Shown piece by piece: positions 50,637-62,110 of a stretch of 64,000 nucleotides of DNA; positions within the stretch are counted from its first letter, which is position 1; the number at the start of each line of letters is the position of its first letter. Source of the stretch: an uncultured Methanoregulaceae archaeon (lineage in GTDB: Archaea > Halobacteriota > Methanomicrobia > Methanomicrobiales > Methanospirillaceae); the NCBI GenBank assembly GCA_963737635.1, contig CAVTTL010000001.1, positions 32,001 through 96,000 of the forward strand, read 5' to 3'. The notes beneath the pieces were generated by a model, which worked only from the letters and a program-made list of their open reading frames with translations, searched no databases and had not been told where the DNA came from. The translations under genes and the position numbers were made by a program.

Positions 50637-52404
50637 ATGAAAATATCCCTTATCATGACACCCGGTTCGTGGCGGGATAGGCCCCCAGCCAAGATCCAGA
50701 TCCTCGCGGGGTTCTGCGTTCTCTGTATTCTCATACTTGCACTGGTTTTACTCTCAGGGTATCTTACCTGGCCCGTCCCGGTACCGCACGCGAACGTCAC
50801 GGTCCATGTAAAAATTCTTGAGGTAAACGATTTCCATGGGCACATGGCCACGGGACAGATCCTGAATAACCGGCCAGTCGGGGGTGCGCCGGTCCTTGCT
50901 TCCTATCTCAAATCGGCGATGGTGTCCGGGAATGCAGATGGCACCATCATTGCCCTGCCCGGGGATGTGATCGGGTCAGCGCCACCTGTTTCCGGGCTGC
51001 TCCTTGACGAGCCGACCATGCTGTTTTTCAACAGTTTTGCAAACCAGTACTGTACCATCGGATCGAACTCCCCAAGCGTTTCCTGTAATATGGTTGCAAC
51101 GCTCGGCAACCAGGAGTTCAATAATGGTGTACCGGAACTGCTGAGAATGATTAACGGCGGGGATGGAACAACAAATATCACACACGTCGTCGATCCGTAC
51201 CCGGGCACGAAAATCGATTATGTCTGCGCAAATGTGGTCTGGACCGCGAACAACACCCCTGTCCTGCCACCTTATACCCTGCGAACTGTTGACGGTGTGA
51301 CCATTGCATTCATTGGCGCAGATACGATAAAGACTCCCACGCTTACGACCCCTGCCAACGTTGAAGGCCTGACCTTTTTGGATGAAGCCGATTCCATAAA
51401 CCGGTATATCCCGGAGATCCAGAAACAGGGTGTACATGCAATCGTGGTCCTCCTTCACGAAGGCGGGAACCAGACTCCCTATGAGGGCCCCACGCAGGTG
51501 AACGCGACCATGCAGAACGATGGGCGGGTAGTCGGGATTGTTTCCCGGCTTGACCCGGCTGTTGATGTTGTTTTGTCCGCCCATACCCATGAGTTTACGA
51601 ACATCTATCTGCCCAACTCTGTTGGAAAACCCGTGCTCGTGACACAGGCGTACATGTACAGTAGGGGGTATGGCGATATCGATCTCACGATCGACAAAGA
51701 GACCGGGGAGATCGTGGGGAAATCCGCACAGATTATCCCGACCTATGCAGATCAGGCTCCCGGCACCAGCCCGGATCCTGCTACCTCAGCGCTCCTTAAC
51801 GAGGCCCAAAACGCCGTTGCTCCGGTTGAGAACCAGGTAATCGGCGTAGTCTGCGGGGAATATTACCCTGACACAGGACGGTGCCGGGGAATCGGCGATG
51901 GGAGATCTGGTGGCAGACGGGGAGCGGGCCGCGATGAAAACAGATGTGGGATTTGATACATCCGGTGACGTTTTTGCAAATATCTCCAAAGGAAATATTA
52001 CCTGGATGGACCTGTACAATGTCCAGCCTTCTGCAGGGACGCTCATGTCAATGACCATGTCAGGCAAACAGGTCAAGCAAACTCTTGAACAGCAGTGGCA
52101 GGCGCCGCTCCCTTCAAGCAATCTCATTGTCTCGGGACTTTCCTATACTTATGATGCTGCGAAACCTGCCGGAAGTAAAGTGATTTCAGTTTCGATAAAC
52201 GGCGTTCCTCTCAACCTGAATACGAGTTATACCGTTTCAACAGTCGACACCGTAACCTTGGGCTATGACGGGTATACGACGTTTGGGCAGGGATCGAATA
52301 TGACCTACGGGCCGACCGATATCGATGCACTTGTTAACTACGTGGGATCATTGCCTCAACCGGTGAACGTGACAATTGACGGGAGGATACGGAGGATCAA
52401 CTGA
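50637..52404 (+). CDS. Membrane-anchored 5'-nucleotidase/metallophosphatase (frameshift at ~51850)
   Basis: NDFHG, GD, GNQEF, LHEGG and AHTH motifs; C-terminal ES.MGDLVAD...LEQQW...SGLSYTYD. Confidence 0.88.
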
Positions 52405-52611
52405 CAGGGCTGATGCACACCTCCCCAGATACGCTGTAGGCGGATAGGAACCACGGGAGATCCGCTAAGCTGTTCTGTCCAGCCGGTGCTGGTGCATTAG
52501 CAGTTTAGTAACTCATACTCTACCTCATTAAAATATTCAAATCAACCGCCACTCGCAACCAGTACCCTCAAAACACATATCAGAGTCCGGAGGCGAATTG
52601 TACCGGTACTC

Positions 52612-53350
52612 ATGAGCGGCACGGTGCGGTATCCCGAAATCGACCTCTTCCGGGGTATCGCCATCGTGATGATGATCCTCTTTCACACCATCTTCGATCT
52701 CACGTTTTTTCGGATCGTTCCGTTCGATGTAACAGATGGGTTCTGGCGGTATTTTGCCTACGCCACTGCCTCGCTTTTCCTGCTCATTGTAGGAATATCA
52801 CTTTCGATTAGCCATGCCCGCGCTGTATCCCACCTCAATGGTTGGGCACGGGTAAAAAAATTCATCCTGAGAGAGCGGCATTTTCTGCTGCGGGCTTCTG
52901 GTAACTCTTGCAACCTGGTGGTACCTTCAGGAGGGATATGTCATATTCGGTATCCTGCACCTGATCGGGGTTGCGGTTATGCTCTCGCCGCTTTTCTTCC
53001 GGTTCCGCACCTGGAATGCGGTGATCGGGATCGTCTTTATTGCCCTCGGGTGGATCCTTGCCACTATCCCGGGCCCTATGGGGCTTTTGGTCTTCGGCAT
53101 TCACCCGCTCATGTTCCAGAGTGTCGATTATACCCCGGTGTTTCCGTGGATGGGACTCGTTTTGATCGGCCTTGCCGTTGGGGAGTTCGCCTACCCCGGG
53201 GGAGAGCGGAGGTGGACACTTCCCAAGATCCCTGAACGGGAGATCGCCCCACTTTCTTTTCTTGGCAGGCATTCGCTCATTATTTACCTCGTGCACCAGC
53301 CGGTAATCCTCCTGATAATACACTTTGTAACAGGCGCACCGATTCTCTGA
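52612..53350 (+). CDS. DUF1624/heparan-alpha-glucosaminide N-acetyltransferase-like membrane protein (frameshift at ~52872)
   Basis: EIDLFRGIAI.MMI.FH, SVDY.P.FPW and LGRHSLIIYL.HQP motifs. Confidence 0.85.
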
Positions 53351-53427
53351 GAACACGCGGCATTGCTGGACCGATTTTCGGTAGATATACCGTATTCAAC
53401 AAACTACAGAAGGGAGCACGTTATTTT

Positions 53428-54576
53428 CTATTTTTTTGCCGGCTCCTTTATAGTGAATGTCCTGAGGATCTCAAGAGAGATCTTTGTCCCAAGCGAGGGC
53501 TGGAGCGACTCGATCCATAAGAAAAACCCGACGCGTGACGGTGTCGGCCGCTCGAACCGGAAGTGGCCATCCTTTGTTTGCACCATCTTGAGGTACTCTT
53601 TTTTCTCTCTGGAACGGAGGTACAGGATCAATTCAAAGCCGGGGAGATCCGTCGCGAGGATTGCCTTTGAGAAATACCCGAAGAAATCAGCGTATTCAAT
53701 ACGTTTGCCCTTGACCACTAAGCCGTACTGATCGCAGACCGCCTTTATCGCATGAGGGTACAGCGCCCCATACAAGATCTTTTTTACTAATGCCTCGGTA
53801 TCGGTAGAAGGTACGAGATCTTTTTTTCCCCGGCCTTTCGTGATATCGGAGAAGATCCGGTTCCTGAACTCGTCATGGAACTTCCGGTAATCGATCGGGT
53901 GGGGAAGCGGGATATCGGTGGCGCGGATCAGCTTAGGATGGTTAGTAGGTTTTGTGTACAGGATGCGGGGCCGGTAATGCTTGACCAACGCTTTGATCTG
54001 CTCGCAGGAGCTGGTGTGGATGATCGCGTTATCGGGATCCTTTGCGAGCCGTTTTACGACTGAATAGTTAGAGATGTCAAAAGAAGAGACGAGGACAAAC
54101 GAGACGTGTTCCTGACCGTAAAGGTACCCGAGCAGCCGTTTTTTGAAGGCAATCTCGACCTCAAATTCCTTGAGGTCTGCCGGTGAGGTCACCACTTCGC
54201 CAAACGCTACCTGATCCCTGGAATCCACAAGGATAAGGTCAAACTCCGCAAGATCCTGCCCGTTTCCCCGGAAGGTAATATCCCCGTACTTGGAATAAAA
54301 AATGCCATTCTGGCCCAGGTATGCCTGTGCACCGGCACGAGGTGCATCGGCCCCTTTACGTGCAAGATATTTTATCTGGTTGGATTTCTGCGAGATCTCA
54401 AGGAACATTTCGTATACAATCGCCTCGAACCAGCGCCCTTCGGCTGTCCGCATGGGTTCGATATCGGGAGAGAACAGTTTCTTGCGTTCTGTCGTATTCA
54501 TGTGCCGCGTAGCATTGAGCGCAATTGCTGCCGTGGGCTTAAAATTTCTAAAATTGGAGTTCAGCCACGGGATCAT
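53428..54576 (-). CDS. Hypothetical protein with PD-(D/E)XK nuclease-like fold
   Basis: G.WFE...EFDLIL...GEV pattern; start uncertain. Confidence 0.55.
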   Translation of the reverse strand: MIPWLNSNFRNFKPTAAIALNATRHMNTTERKKLFSPDIEPMRTAEGRWFEAIVYEMFLEISQKSNQIKYLARKGADAPRAGAQAYLGQNGIFYSKYGDITFRGNGQDLAEFDLILVDSRDQVAFGEVVTSPADLKEFEVEIAFKKRLLGYLYGQEHVSFVLVSSFDISNYSVVKRLAKDPDNAIIHTSSCEQIKALVKHYRPRILYTKPTNHPKLIRATDIPLPHPIDYRKFHDEFRNRIFSDITKGRGKKDLVPSTDTEALVKKILYGALYPHAIKAVCDQYGLVVKGKRIEYADFFGYFSKAILATDLPGFELILYLRSREKKEYLKMVQTKDGHFRFERPTPSRVGFFLWIESLQPSLGTKISLEILRTFTIKEPAKK

Positions 54577-54746
54577 GATAGATTACCTATATTTTTCACC
54601 GGCAGGCTAAATAATCTGCGAAAGAACCGCCCGGATAGGCCCAGGATTAGTAGATAGAAGCTAGGTATATATATAAAAGAAATATATTTCCACCATATCT
54701 TCCGGTAACTGATTACCGGGAGGTTGAGGGGAGGGGGTAAAAATAG

Positions 54747-55108
54747 ATGATTCGCGAAAAAATGACTTCCGGTAAGGAACCGCTGCCTCGGTACACCATG
54801 GCAGATGGATCCGCACCGGAATACGAAGCGATCCTTCAGCAGATCCAGAACTATCACATATCAATGATCGGCAGGTCATTCTATTACATCCATGCAGGAC
54901 AGACGGATGAACTGAGCCTGTGCAGGATCATCCCCAGTGGCGGCAAGATTTATTTCCATGAGATTGTCGATCACCGGAAATTCGGGATATCGGACGATGA
55001 TATGGAAGAAGCGTCGAAATTTACCACGGGTGTCTTTACTGTCCGGGGCATTTTCCTATCACGCCTCCCATCGAAAAGAAGCTGCGGGCGATTCTTAACG
55101 CGAAATAA
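54747..55108 (+). CDS. Small hypothetical protein (possible frameshift at ~55044)
   Basis: ORF of ~120 aa; the shifted frame gives PGHFPITPPIEKKLRAILNAK*. Confidence 0.5.
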
Positions 55109-55264
55109 ATAAAATCCCGGCCCGTTATTCCTGTCGATGTGACAGGAATAGAGGCCGGTGAACTTTTTTTTTACGGGAGGCCAAGGTAAAATTACCCTAC
55201 ATCCCGGAGACACGATTACTGGCACCTTCTGACTTGACGGTATGCCTGCGTTTTAACCGTGTTT

Positions 55265-55618
<354 letters not shown>

Positions 55619-56827
55619 TCAAGCCCGCTCCCCATGCTGGGAGATATCGAGCCCGACGTATTCTTCTTCCTCGGTCACACGCAGCCCTATCGTTTTGTCT
55701 ACGACAGTGGCAAGGATGTATGTGACCACGAACGCATAGATAACTGCCGATCCTGCACCAACAATCTGAGCGATGAACTGGTGGACATTGCCCTCGATCA
55801 GACCTGATGCGCCATTAACGGCCGCGGATGCAAAGATACCGGTAGCAAGTGCGCCCCACAGGCCGCCCATACCGTGAACTGCCCATGCATCGAGACTCTC
55901 ATCGATCCCCCTGCCCTGTCGCCAGAGCATGATAAAGTAGCACATTACGCCGGCTACTGCACCAATCGCGATCGATGCCATCGGCGTCACATACCCGGCA
56001 GCCGGTGTAATGGCAACAAGTCCTGCCACCGCGCCGGAAACAAACCCAAGCGAGCTTGGTTTGCCACCGTGTGCCCAGGAAACGAGCAGCCAGGCCATTG
56101 CGGCGACAGCTGTCGCGGTGTTAGTCGTTACAAAGGCGTTGACCGCAAGACCGTTTGCGGCGACAGCACTTCCCGCGTTGAACCCGAACCAGCCAAACCA
56201 CAAGAGCACGGCACCGAGGATCGACCACGGGATATTAGCAGGTTCCATCGAGTATTTCCCATACCCGACCCGTTTGCCAATGACAAGCGCAAGGGCAAGC
56301 GCCGCAAAACCCGAGCTAATGTGGACAACGGTCCCGCCGGCAAAATCGATAGCACCGAACTGGGATGTCCAGCCGCCGCCCCACACCCAGTGGGCAAGTG
56401 GGTCGTAGACAATAGTCGTCCAGATCGCCGCAAAGATCAAGTACGAACTGAACTTTATACGCTCGGCGAAACCCGAAGTGACGATCGCCATGGTAACGGT
56501 GGCAAACACGAGCTGGAATACCATATACAGCATTCCCGGTACCACCGTGCTGTAGGGGCCGGGATCATTCATGCTCACACCGGTTAGGCCAAGGTTACTC
56601 AGGTTGCCTACAAATCCACCGATGTCCGGGCCAAAGGCAAGCGAATACCCGATCAGTACCCACTGGATGCTTACGAGTGCGAAGGCCACAAATGACAGCG
56701 TTATCATATCAATAAAGTTTTTCTTCCTTACGAGACCGCCGTAGAAGAACCCGACCCCCGGCGTCATGATCATGACGAGCGCCGTCGAAGCGAGCACCCA
56801 TGCAATTGCTCCAGAATCCAAAGCCAT
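55619..56827 (-). CDS. amtB: Ammonium transporter 1
   Basis: [26 protein letters not shown] and HGMGG motifs. Confidence 0.96.
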   Translation of the reverse strand: MALDSGAIAWVLASTALVMIMTPGVGFFYGGLVRKKNFIDMITLSFVAFALVSIQWVLIGYSLAFGPDIGGFVGNLSNLGLTGVSMNDPGPYSTVVPGMLYMVFQLVFATVTMAIVTSGFAERIKFSSYLIFAAIWTTIVYDPLAHWVWGGGWTSQFGAIDFAGGTVVHISSGFAALALALVIGKRVGYGKYSMEPANIPWSILGAVLLWFGWFGFNAGSAVAANGLAVNAFVTTNTATAVAAMAWLLVSWAHGGKPSSLGFVSGAVAGLVAITPAAGYVTPMASIAIGAVAGVMCYFIMLWRQGRGIDESLDAWAVHGMGGLWGALATGIFASAAVNGASGLIEGNVHQFIAQIVGAGSAVIYAFVVTYILATVVDKTIGLRVTEEEEYVGLDISQHGERA

Positions 56828-57019
56828 TCAATTCACCTGTTTACTTGTAAATGGATCACACATGCCGCGAACCATTCCGACATGGTAACGAGACTCCCAA
56901 GACAGGGGCACAACAAGATGCCCGTGACAAGATCCGGAGAGAAAGTCCGGTATCACATTTGCATTCTGCTTGCCCTCCATCAACAAGATCCTCTTTATAC
57001 CTAACAAAGATTGTAGGAA

Positions 57020-57033
57020 GGAAATTCTATTCC
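57020..57033. promoter_or_regulatory. NrpR-type operator GGAA-N6-TTCC upstream of amtB1
   Basis: GGAA-ATTCTA-TTCC, immediately downstream (minus strand) of a TTTATAA box at 57045-57039. Confidence 0.8.
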
Positions 57034-57137
57034 CATGATTATAAATTTTACTATTTTCTTGGGTTTCGTGTGAAATTCTGACTCGGAGATACCAATCTGG
57101 ATTACTACAATAAACAATATCAAAAAAAGGAATGGAG

Positions 57138-58334
57138 TTATGCCCGTTCGCCGTGATGGCAGATGTCAAGTCCGACGTACTCTTCGTCAGGTGTGACCCG
57201 CAGTCCTATGATACGATCGATAAGGACTGCGACTATATAGGTCGCGACGAAGGCATAGACCACGGCGGCACCCGCACCCAGCGCATTGATCAGGAACTGG
57301 TGCACATTTCCTTCAAAGAGCCCGGAGAATCCTGCAACAGCTGCTGCCGCAAAAAGGCCTGTAGCAAGGGTGCCCCATACGCCACCCATGCCATGAATTG
57401 CCCATGCATCCAGGCTCTCATCGAGCTGTTTGCTGATCCGCAGGAGCATCATACCAAAACAGAGTACACCTGCTACGGCACCGATAAAGATCGCAACAAG
57501 CGGCGTGACAAACCCGGCGGCAGGAGTAATCGCAACCATCCCGGCGATCGCACCACTTACCATCCCAAGGGAACTGGGTTTGCCATTGTACCAGCTGGCA
57601 AACATCCACGCAAGTGCACCAGTGGCGGCAGCTGTATTCGTGTTCACAAAGGCGGTAACTGCACTTGCATTCACGGCGAGAGCGCTGCCGGCATTGAACC
57701 CGAACCACCCGAACCAGAGCAAGGCTGCGCCCAGAAGCGCGATTGGGATATTGTGAGGTTCTAGCGAGTATTCGCCAAAGCCGGCCCGTTTACCGATCAC
57801 AAGCGCAAGGGCGAGCGCGGCAAACCCTGAACAGATCTCGACAACGGTCCCACCGGCAAAATCAATAAGCCCCATCTGCTGTGCCCAACCGCCACCCCAT
57901 GCCCAATGTGCGAGCGGACAGTAAACAACGGTCAGCCAGATGAGCGCAAAAACAATAAACGACGTTAGCTTGACCCTCTCTGCTACTGCTGAGGTCACGA
58001 TAGTCAACGTAACTGAGGCAAAGAAAAGCTGGAAGGCCATGTAAACAAGCGGCGGATAGGCCGCAGTGCCCGCACTTGCACTTACCCCGTTCAGCCCCAG
58101 GTACTGAAGATTGCCAATGAATCCTCCTATATCAGAGCCAAAAGCAAGCGAGTACCCTATCAGGATCCATTGGACACTGGTAAGCGCAAGCACCAGGAAC
58201 GAGAGCGCGATCATCGAGATAAAATTCTTCTTTCGGACAAGTCCGCCATAAAAAAACCCGACCCCCGGGGTCATCAGCATAACAAGAAGCGCCGAGACCA
58301 TGAGCCAAGTTGTAACACCGGTATCCAGAGCCAT
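57138..58334 (-). CDS. amtB: Ammonium transporter 2
   Basis: Paralog of amtB1; DFAGGTVVE (His to Glu), [12 protein letters not shown] and HGMGG motifs. Confidence 0.95.
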   Translation of the reverse strand: MALDTGVTTWLMVSALLVMLMTPGVGFFYGGLVRKKNFISMIALSFLVLALTSVQWILIGYSLAFGSDIGGFIGNLQYLGLNGVSASAGTAAYPPLVYMAFQLFFASVTLTIVTSAVAERVKLTSFIVFALIWLTVVYCPLAHWAWGGGWAQQMGLIDFAGGTVVEICSGFAALALALVIGKRAGFGEYSLEPHNIPIALLGAALLWFGWFGFNAGSALAVNASAVTAFVNTNTAAATGALAWMFASWYNGKPSSLGMVSGAIAGMVAITPAAGFVTPLVAIFIGAVAGVLCFGMMLLRISKQLDESLDAWAIHGMGGVWGTLATGLFAAAAVAGFSGLFEGNVHQFLINALGAGAAVVYAFVATYIVAVLIDRIIGLRVTPDEEYVGLDICHHGERA

Positions 58335-58373
58335 AATAATCTCCTGTAACTTTTACGTGGCCATCACGGATCC

Positions 58374-58640
58374 AAAAGAAAAAAACAGGCAGAGCCTATG
58401 CTGGATACGGGGAATACACATCCGTCGTGTATCTATGCACACGACCGTGCACTCCCTCTATCCCCTATCTTTTCTTTATCCAACGGCCAACGGGCAGTTA
58501 CCGGATAAAAAGTCCAGCCTGTCCTGACTGTGCGGGAAAATTTAGAGATTAGGTAGTGAGGTGGCAGCCCGGTCTCCACGATGAATCGCGAAACGGAAGG
58601 CACCGGCCCCAATCGTCTTGAGAACCTTTACTGCCAACAT
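58374..58640 (-). ncRNA. Candidate structured leader/sRNA upstream of amtB2, ending in a terminator-like hairpin plus U-tract
   Basis: Several stems (TGGCAG/CTGCCA, TTTATCC/GGATAAA, TGCAC/GTGCA, ATACAC/GTGTAT, ATAGGC/GCCTGT + T-run) between the NrpR box and amtB2. Confidence 0.4.
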
Positions 58641-58643
58641 ACT

Positions 58644-58657
58644 GGAACTAATTTTCC
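58644..58657. promoter_or_regulatory. NrpR-type operator GGAA-N6-TTCC between amtB2 and the glutamate synthase operon
   Basis: GGAA-CTAATT-TTCC next to a TATA-like element at 58669-58676. Confidence 0.8.
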
Positions 58658-58802
58658 AACCAATTACATTTATATTTTCTGAACTAACCTTGAAGAGAAT
58701 GCTTACATTCAATTCAGTGAACGTGTCAATACTATACGTTTCAATTTCTGGCTGGGCTCTGGCCGGCCGGGAACTAACCAGACATCCCGATTGTGATAGA
58801 AA

Positions 58803-59852
58803 ATGTGTGGAATTATTGGTGTCATAGATAAACGCCGCCAGTTAATGGACGGTAGTAAGATACGTGCATCGCTCGCGATGATGAACGAGCGGGGAAATGG
58901 CGAAGGAGCCGGTTATGCTGCCTATGGTATTTACCCGGACTTTAAGGACGCCTACGCCCTCCATGTCTTCCTTGACAACGTAAAAGAGAATAAACCGGCA
59001 CTCGTGAAGGAGCTTGAATCGTGGGGTACGATCATCCACGACGAACCTATACCAACCTACGAAGCCGGGATAAAAAAAGTCCATACCCCGTGGCGGTTTT
59101 TTTATACACCTGACATGAGCCGGGCACAGGAGCCTCGCACAACGGCTGATGATATGATCACCTCGCTTATCATGCGGGTAAATACTATGCATAAAGGCAC
59201 CCTGATATTCTCATCGGGAAAGAACATGGGCGTCTTCAAGGCTTCGGGATGGCCTGAGCAGGTTGCCGATCTCTACCACATCGAAAACTACAAGGGATAC
59301 CTCTGGCTTGCCCATAATCGGTACCCGACGAACACCGCCGGCTGGTGGGGCGGGGCACATCCTTTTAACCTCCTTGACTGGAGCGTAGTCCATAATGGTG
59401 AGATTACCTCATACGGGACAAACCGGCGTTATATCGAGAGTTATGGGTACGAATGTACGATGTTTACCGACACCGAAGTCGTGGCGTACCTGGTTGATCT
59501 TCTGGTTAGGAAGCATGGTCTCTCCGAGAAACTGGCGATGCGTGCTCTTGCCCCGCCGTTTTGGGACGAGATTGATGTGATGCCTGAAAAAGAACAGGAG
59601 CTCAACCGGGCGCTCCGTCTTACCTACGGCCCGGCGCTCATGAACGGCCCGTTTGCGATCTGCGTAGCAACTTCTGATATGCTGCTCGGGTTCACCGACC
59701 GGATCAAGCTGCGCCCCTTGGTCACCGGTGAGCATGGCGACCGGCTTTATATCTCCAGCGAAGAGGCAGCAATCCGGAGGATCGAACCGGAGATTAGAGA
59801 CGTCAGTATGCCAAAGGCTGGCGAACCCGTCATCGGGAGGGTTGTCGCATGA
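58803..59852 (+). CDS. Glutamate synthase glutamine amidotransferase subunit (class II GATase)
   Basis: N-terminal MCGI, ERG, AHNRYPTN, HPF, HNGEI, TDTEV, NGPF and DRIKLRP motifs. Confidence 0.9.
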   Translation: MCGIIGVIDKRRQLMDGSKIRASLAMMNERGNGEGAGYAAYGIYPDFKDAYALHVFLDNVKENKPALVKELESWGTIIHDEPIPTYEAGIKKVHTPWRFFYTPDMSRAQEPRTTADDMITSLIMRVNTMHKGTLIFSSGKNMGVFKASGWPEQVADLYHIENYKGYLWLAHNRYPTNTAGWWGGAHPFNLLDWSVVHNGEITSYGTNRRYIESYGYECTMFTDTEVVAYLVDLLVRKHGLSEKLAMRALAPPFWDEIDVMPEKEQELNRALRLTYGPALMNGPFAICVATSDMLLGFTDRIKLRPLVTGEHGDRLYISSEEAAIRRIEPEIRDVSMPKAGEPVIGRVVA

Positions 59853-61361
59853 GCATCGGCAGCATCCCCCTCAGGTTCAAGGTCGAATTGGACACAGAGC
59901 GTTGCATGAACTGCGGCCGCTGCATCGAGAACTGCTCGTATGGCGTGTTCCGGAGAGAGAATGACAAGATTGTCATTAATTCCCGCAACTGCGTGGCCTG
60001 TCACCGCTGTCTTGCGTTCTGCCCACGCGATGCACTCAGCATCTACGAGAAACCCACGGATTACCGGAGCCACCCTGTCTGGACCCGGGAGATTCGCGAA
60101 GCGGTTTTCAATCAGGCAAAAACAGGCAAGATTATTCTTGCCGGGATGGGAAACGTCCTTCCCTACCCGATGATCTTTGACCGGCTCGTGCTTGATGCAT
60201 GTCAGGTTACCAACCCCTCGATCGACCCGCTTCGCGAACCCATGGAGCTGCGGACGTATATCGGGAAAAAACCTACGGCGCTCTCAGTGAAAGAGTACCC
60301 GAATGGCGATACCGATCTCCTCACCAAACTCGCACCAAACCTCAAACTCGAGACGCCAATTATGATTGGCCATATGAGTTATGGTGCGATCAGCCTGAAT
60401 GCCCAGACCGCACTTGCAAAAGCAGTAACGAAGGTAGGGACGTTCATGGGTACTGGTGAAGGAGGACTCCACGAGTCGCTCTACCCGTACCAGAGTAATA
60501 TAATAGTTCAGGTTGCTTCGGGCAGGTTCGGCGTCGACATCAACTATCTCGAACGCGGAGCTGCCATCGAGATCAAAATCGGCCAGGGCGCAAAGCCGGG
60601 GATTGGCGGCCACCTGCCGGGTGAAAAAGTATGCGCCGATGTTTCCTGTACCAGGATGATTCCTGAGGGAAGCGATGCAATCAGCCCGGCCCCGCACCAT
60701 GACATTTACAGTATCGAGGATCTCAAACAACTCGTGCACAGTCTCAAGGAAGCAACCGAGTGGAAGAAACCGGTATTTGTGAAAATCGCGGCAGTCCATA
60801 ATTCTGCGGCGATCGCGGCCGGAATCGCCCGGTCAGGAGCCGATGCGGTAGTAGTCGACGGTTTCCGTGGCGGTACTGGTGCGGCGCCCCGGGTCTTCCG
60901 CGACCATGTGGGCATCCCGATTGAGGCGGCAGTTGCAAGTGTCGATGCGAAGCTGCGCTCCCAGGGTATCAGGAACGAGGTCTCGATCATTGCAAGTGGC
61001 GGGATCCGGGAGAGTGCAGACATCGCAAAGATCATCTGCCTCGGCGCCGACGCCGTTTACATCGGTACCTCGGCTCTCGTCGCGATGGGCTGCCGGGTCT
61101 GTGGTACCTGTAACCGGGGCACCTGCGCATGGGGGATTGCAACCCAGAAACCGGAACTCGACTAAGAGACTCGATCCGGAGACAAACGCGGTGCAGGTTG
61201 CAAACCTGATCCATGCGTGGACTGACGAGATCGCAGAACTCATGGGCGCCGCCGGTATCAACAGTATCGAGAGCCTGCGGGGGAACCGCGACCGGCTCCG
61301 GGGCTACATGCTGGATGAGGGGCTCCTCAAAGTGCTAGACGTAAAATCTGTGGGGGCATAA
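59849..61361 (+). CDS. gltB: Glutamate synthase FMN-binding subunit with N-terminal 2[4Fe-4S] domain (frameshift at ~61159)
   Basis: Two CxxCxxC motifs; MSYGA, QVASGRFG, EIKIGQGAKPG.GGHLPG.KV, SPAPHHDIYSIEDL and CxxCxxC...C motifs. Confidence 0.92.
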
Positions 61362-61366
61362 AACCG

Positions 61367-62110
61367 ATGTCAGCATTACATATCGATGCATGCAACCTGC
61401 ACTATACTCCTCTTAACCAGCAGATCCGGAAAGCCATCAGCGAAGGTGCAAAGGAGATCGTGATCGACAACGTGCTGGGCCAGCGGTTCATCGGGGACGG
61501 GCTCAAAGGGGATGACGTGAAGATCACGGTCAACGGTGTCCCAGGCGGCGATCTCGCGATGTTCATGAGCGGCCCGACCATCATCGTCCATGGGAACGCG
61601 GATCATGCTCCCGGCAACACCATGAACCAGGGAAACGTGATTATCCACGGGAGCGCTGGTGATGCGACTGCCCACAGTATGCGGGGCGGCAGGGTTTATG
61701 TAAAAAACAATATCGGGTACCGGGGCGGCATCCATATGAAGCAGTACATGGAAAAGCGCCCGATTCTCGTGGTGGGAGGTTCTGCCCGCGCATTTCTCGG
61801 TGAGTACATGGCAGGAGGGCTCCTGATTGTCCTCGGTTTAAACGGCCAGGCACCAGTCGCTGAGCGCGGCGTGGGGAGCGGCATCCACGGCGGCGAGATC
61901 TTTGTCCGGGGGATAGTCGAAGACAAATACCTCGGTGTCGGCGCCCGGCAACTGCCGGCAACTGCGGAACAGATGGCAATGATACGACCTGTTATCGAAG
62001 ATTTTGCACACTCGTTCGGGATCGATCCGGCACCGTTGCTTTCCGCACCTTATTCCCGGATTGCTGCTTCAAGTGCACGACCGTTTGCAAGCAAGTATAC
62101 ACCGGAGTGA
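61367..62110 (+). CDS. Glutamate synthase GXGXG (domain 3) subunit
   Basis: GQRFIGDG, GNTM..G and GEYMAGG beta-helix repeats. Confidence 0.9.
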   Translation: MSALHIDACNLHYTPLNQQIRKAISEGAKEIVIDNVLGQRFIGDGLKGDDVKITVNGVPGGDLAMFMSGPTIIVHGNADHAPGNTMNQGNVIIHGSAGDATAHSMRGGRVYVKNNIGYRGGIHMKQYMEKRPILVVGGSARAFLGEYMAGGLLIVLGLNGQAPVAERGVGSGIHGGEIFVRGIVEDKYLGVGARQLPATAEQMAMIRPVIEDFAHSFGIDPAPLLSAPYSRIAASSARPFASKYTPE

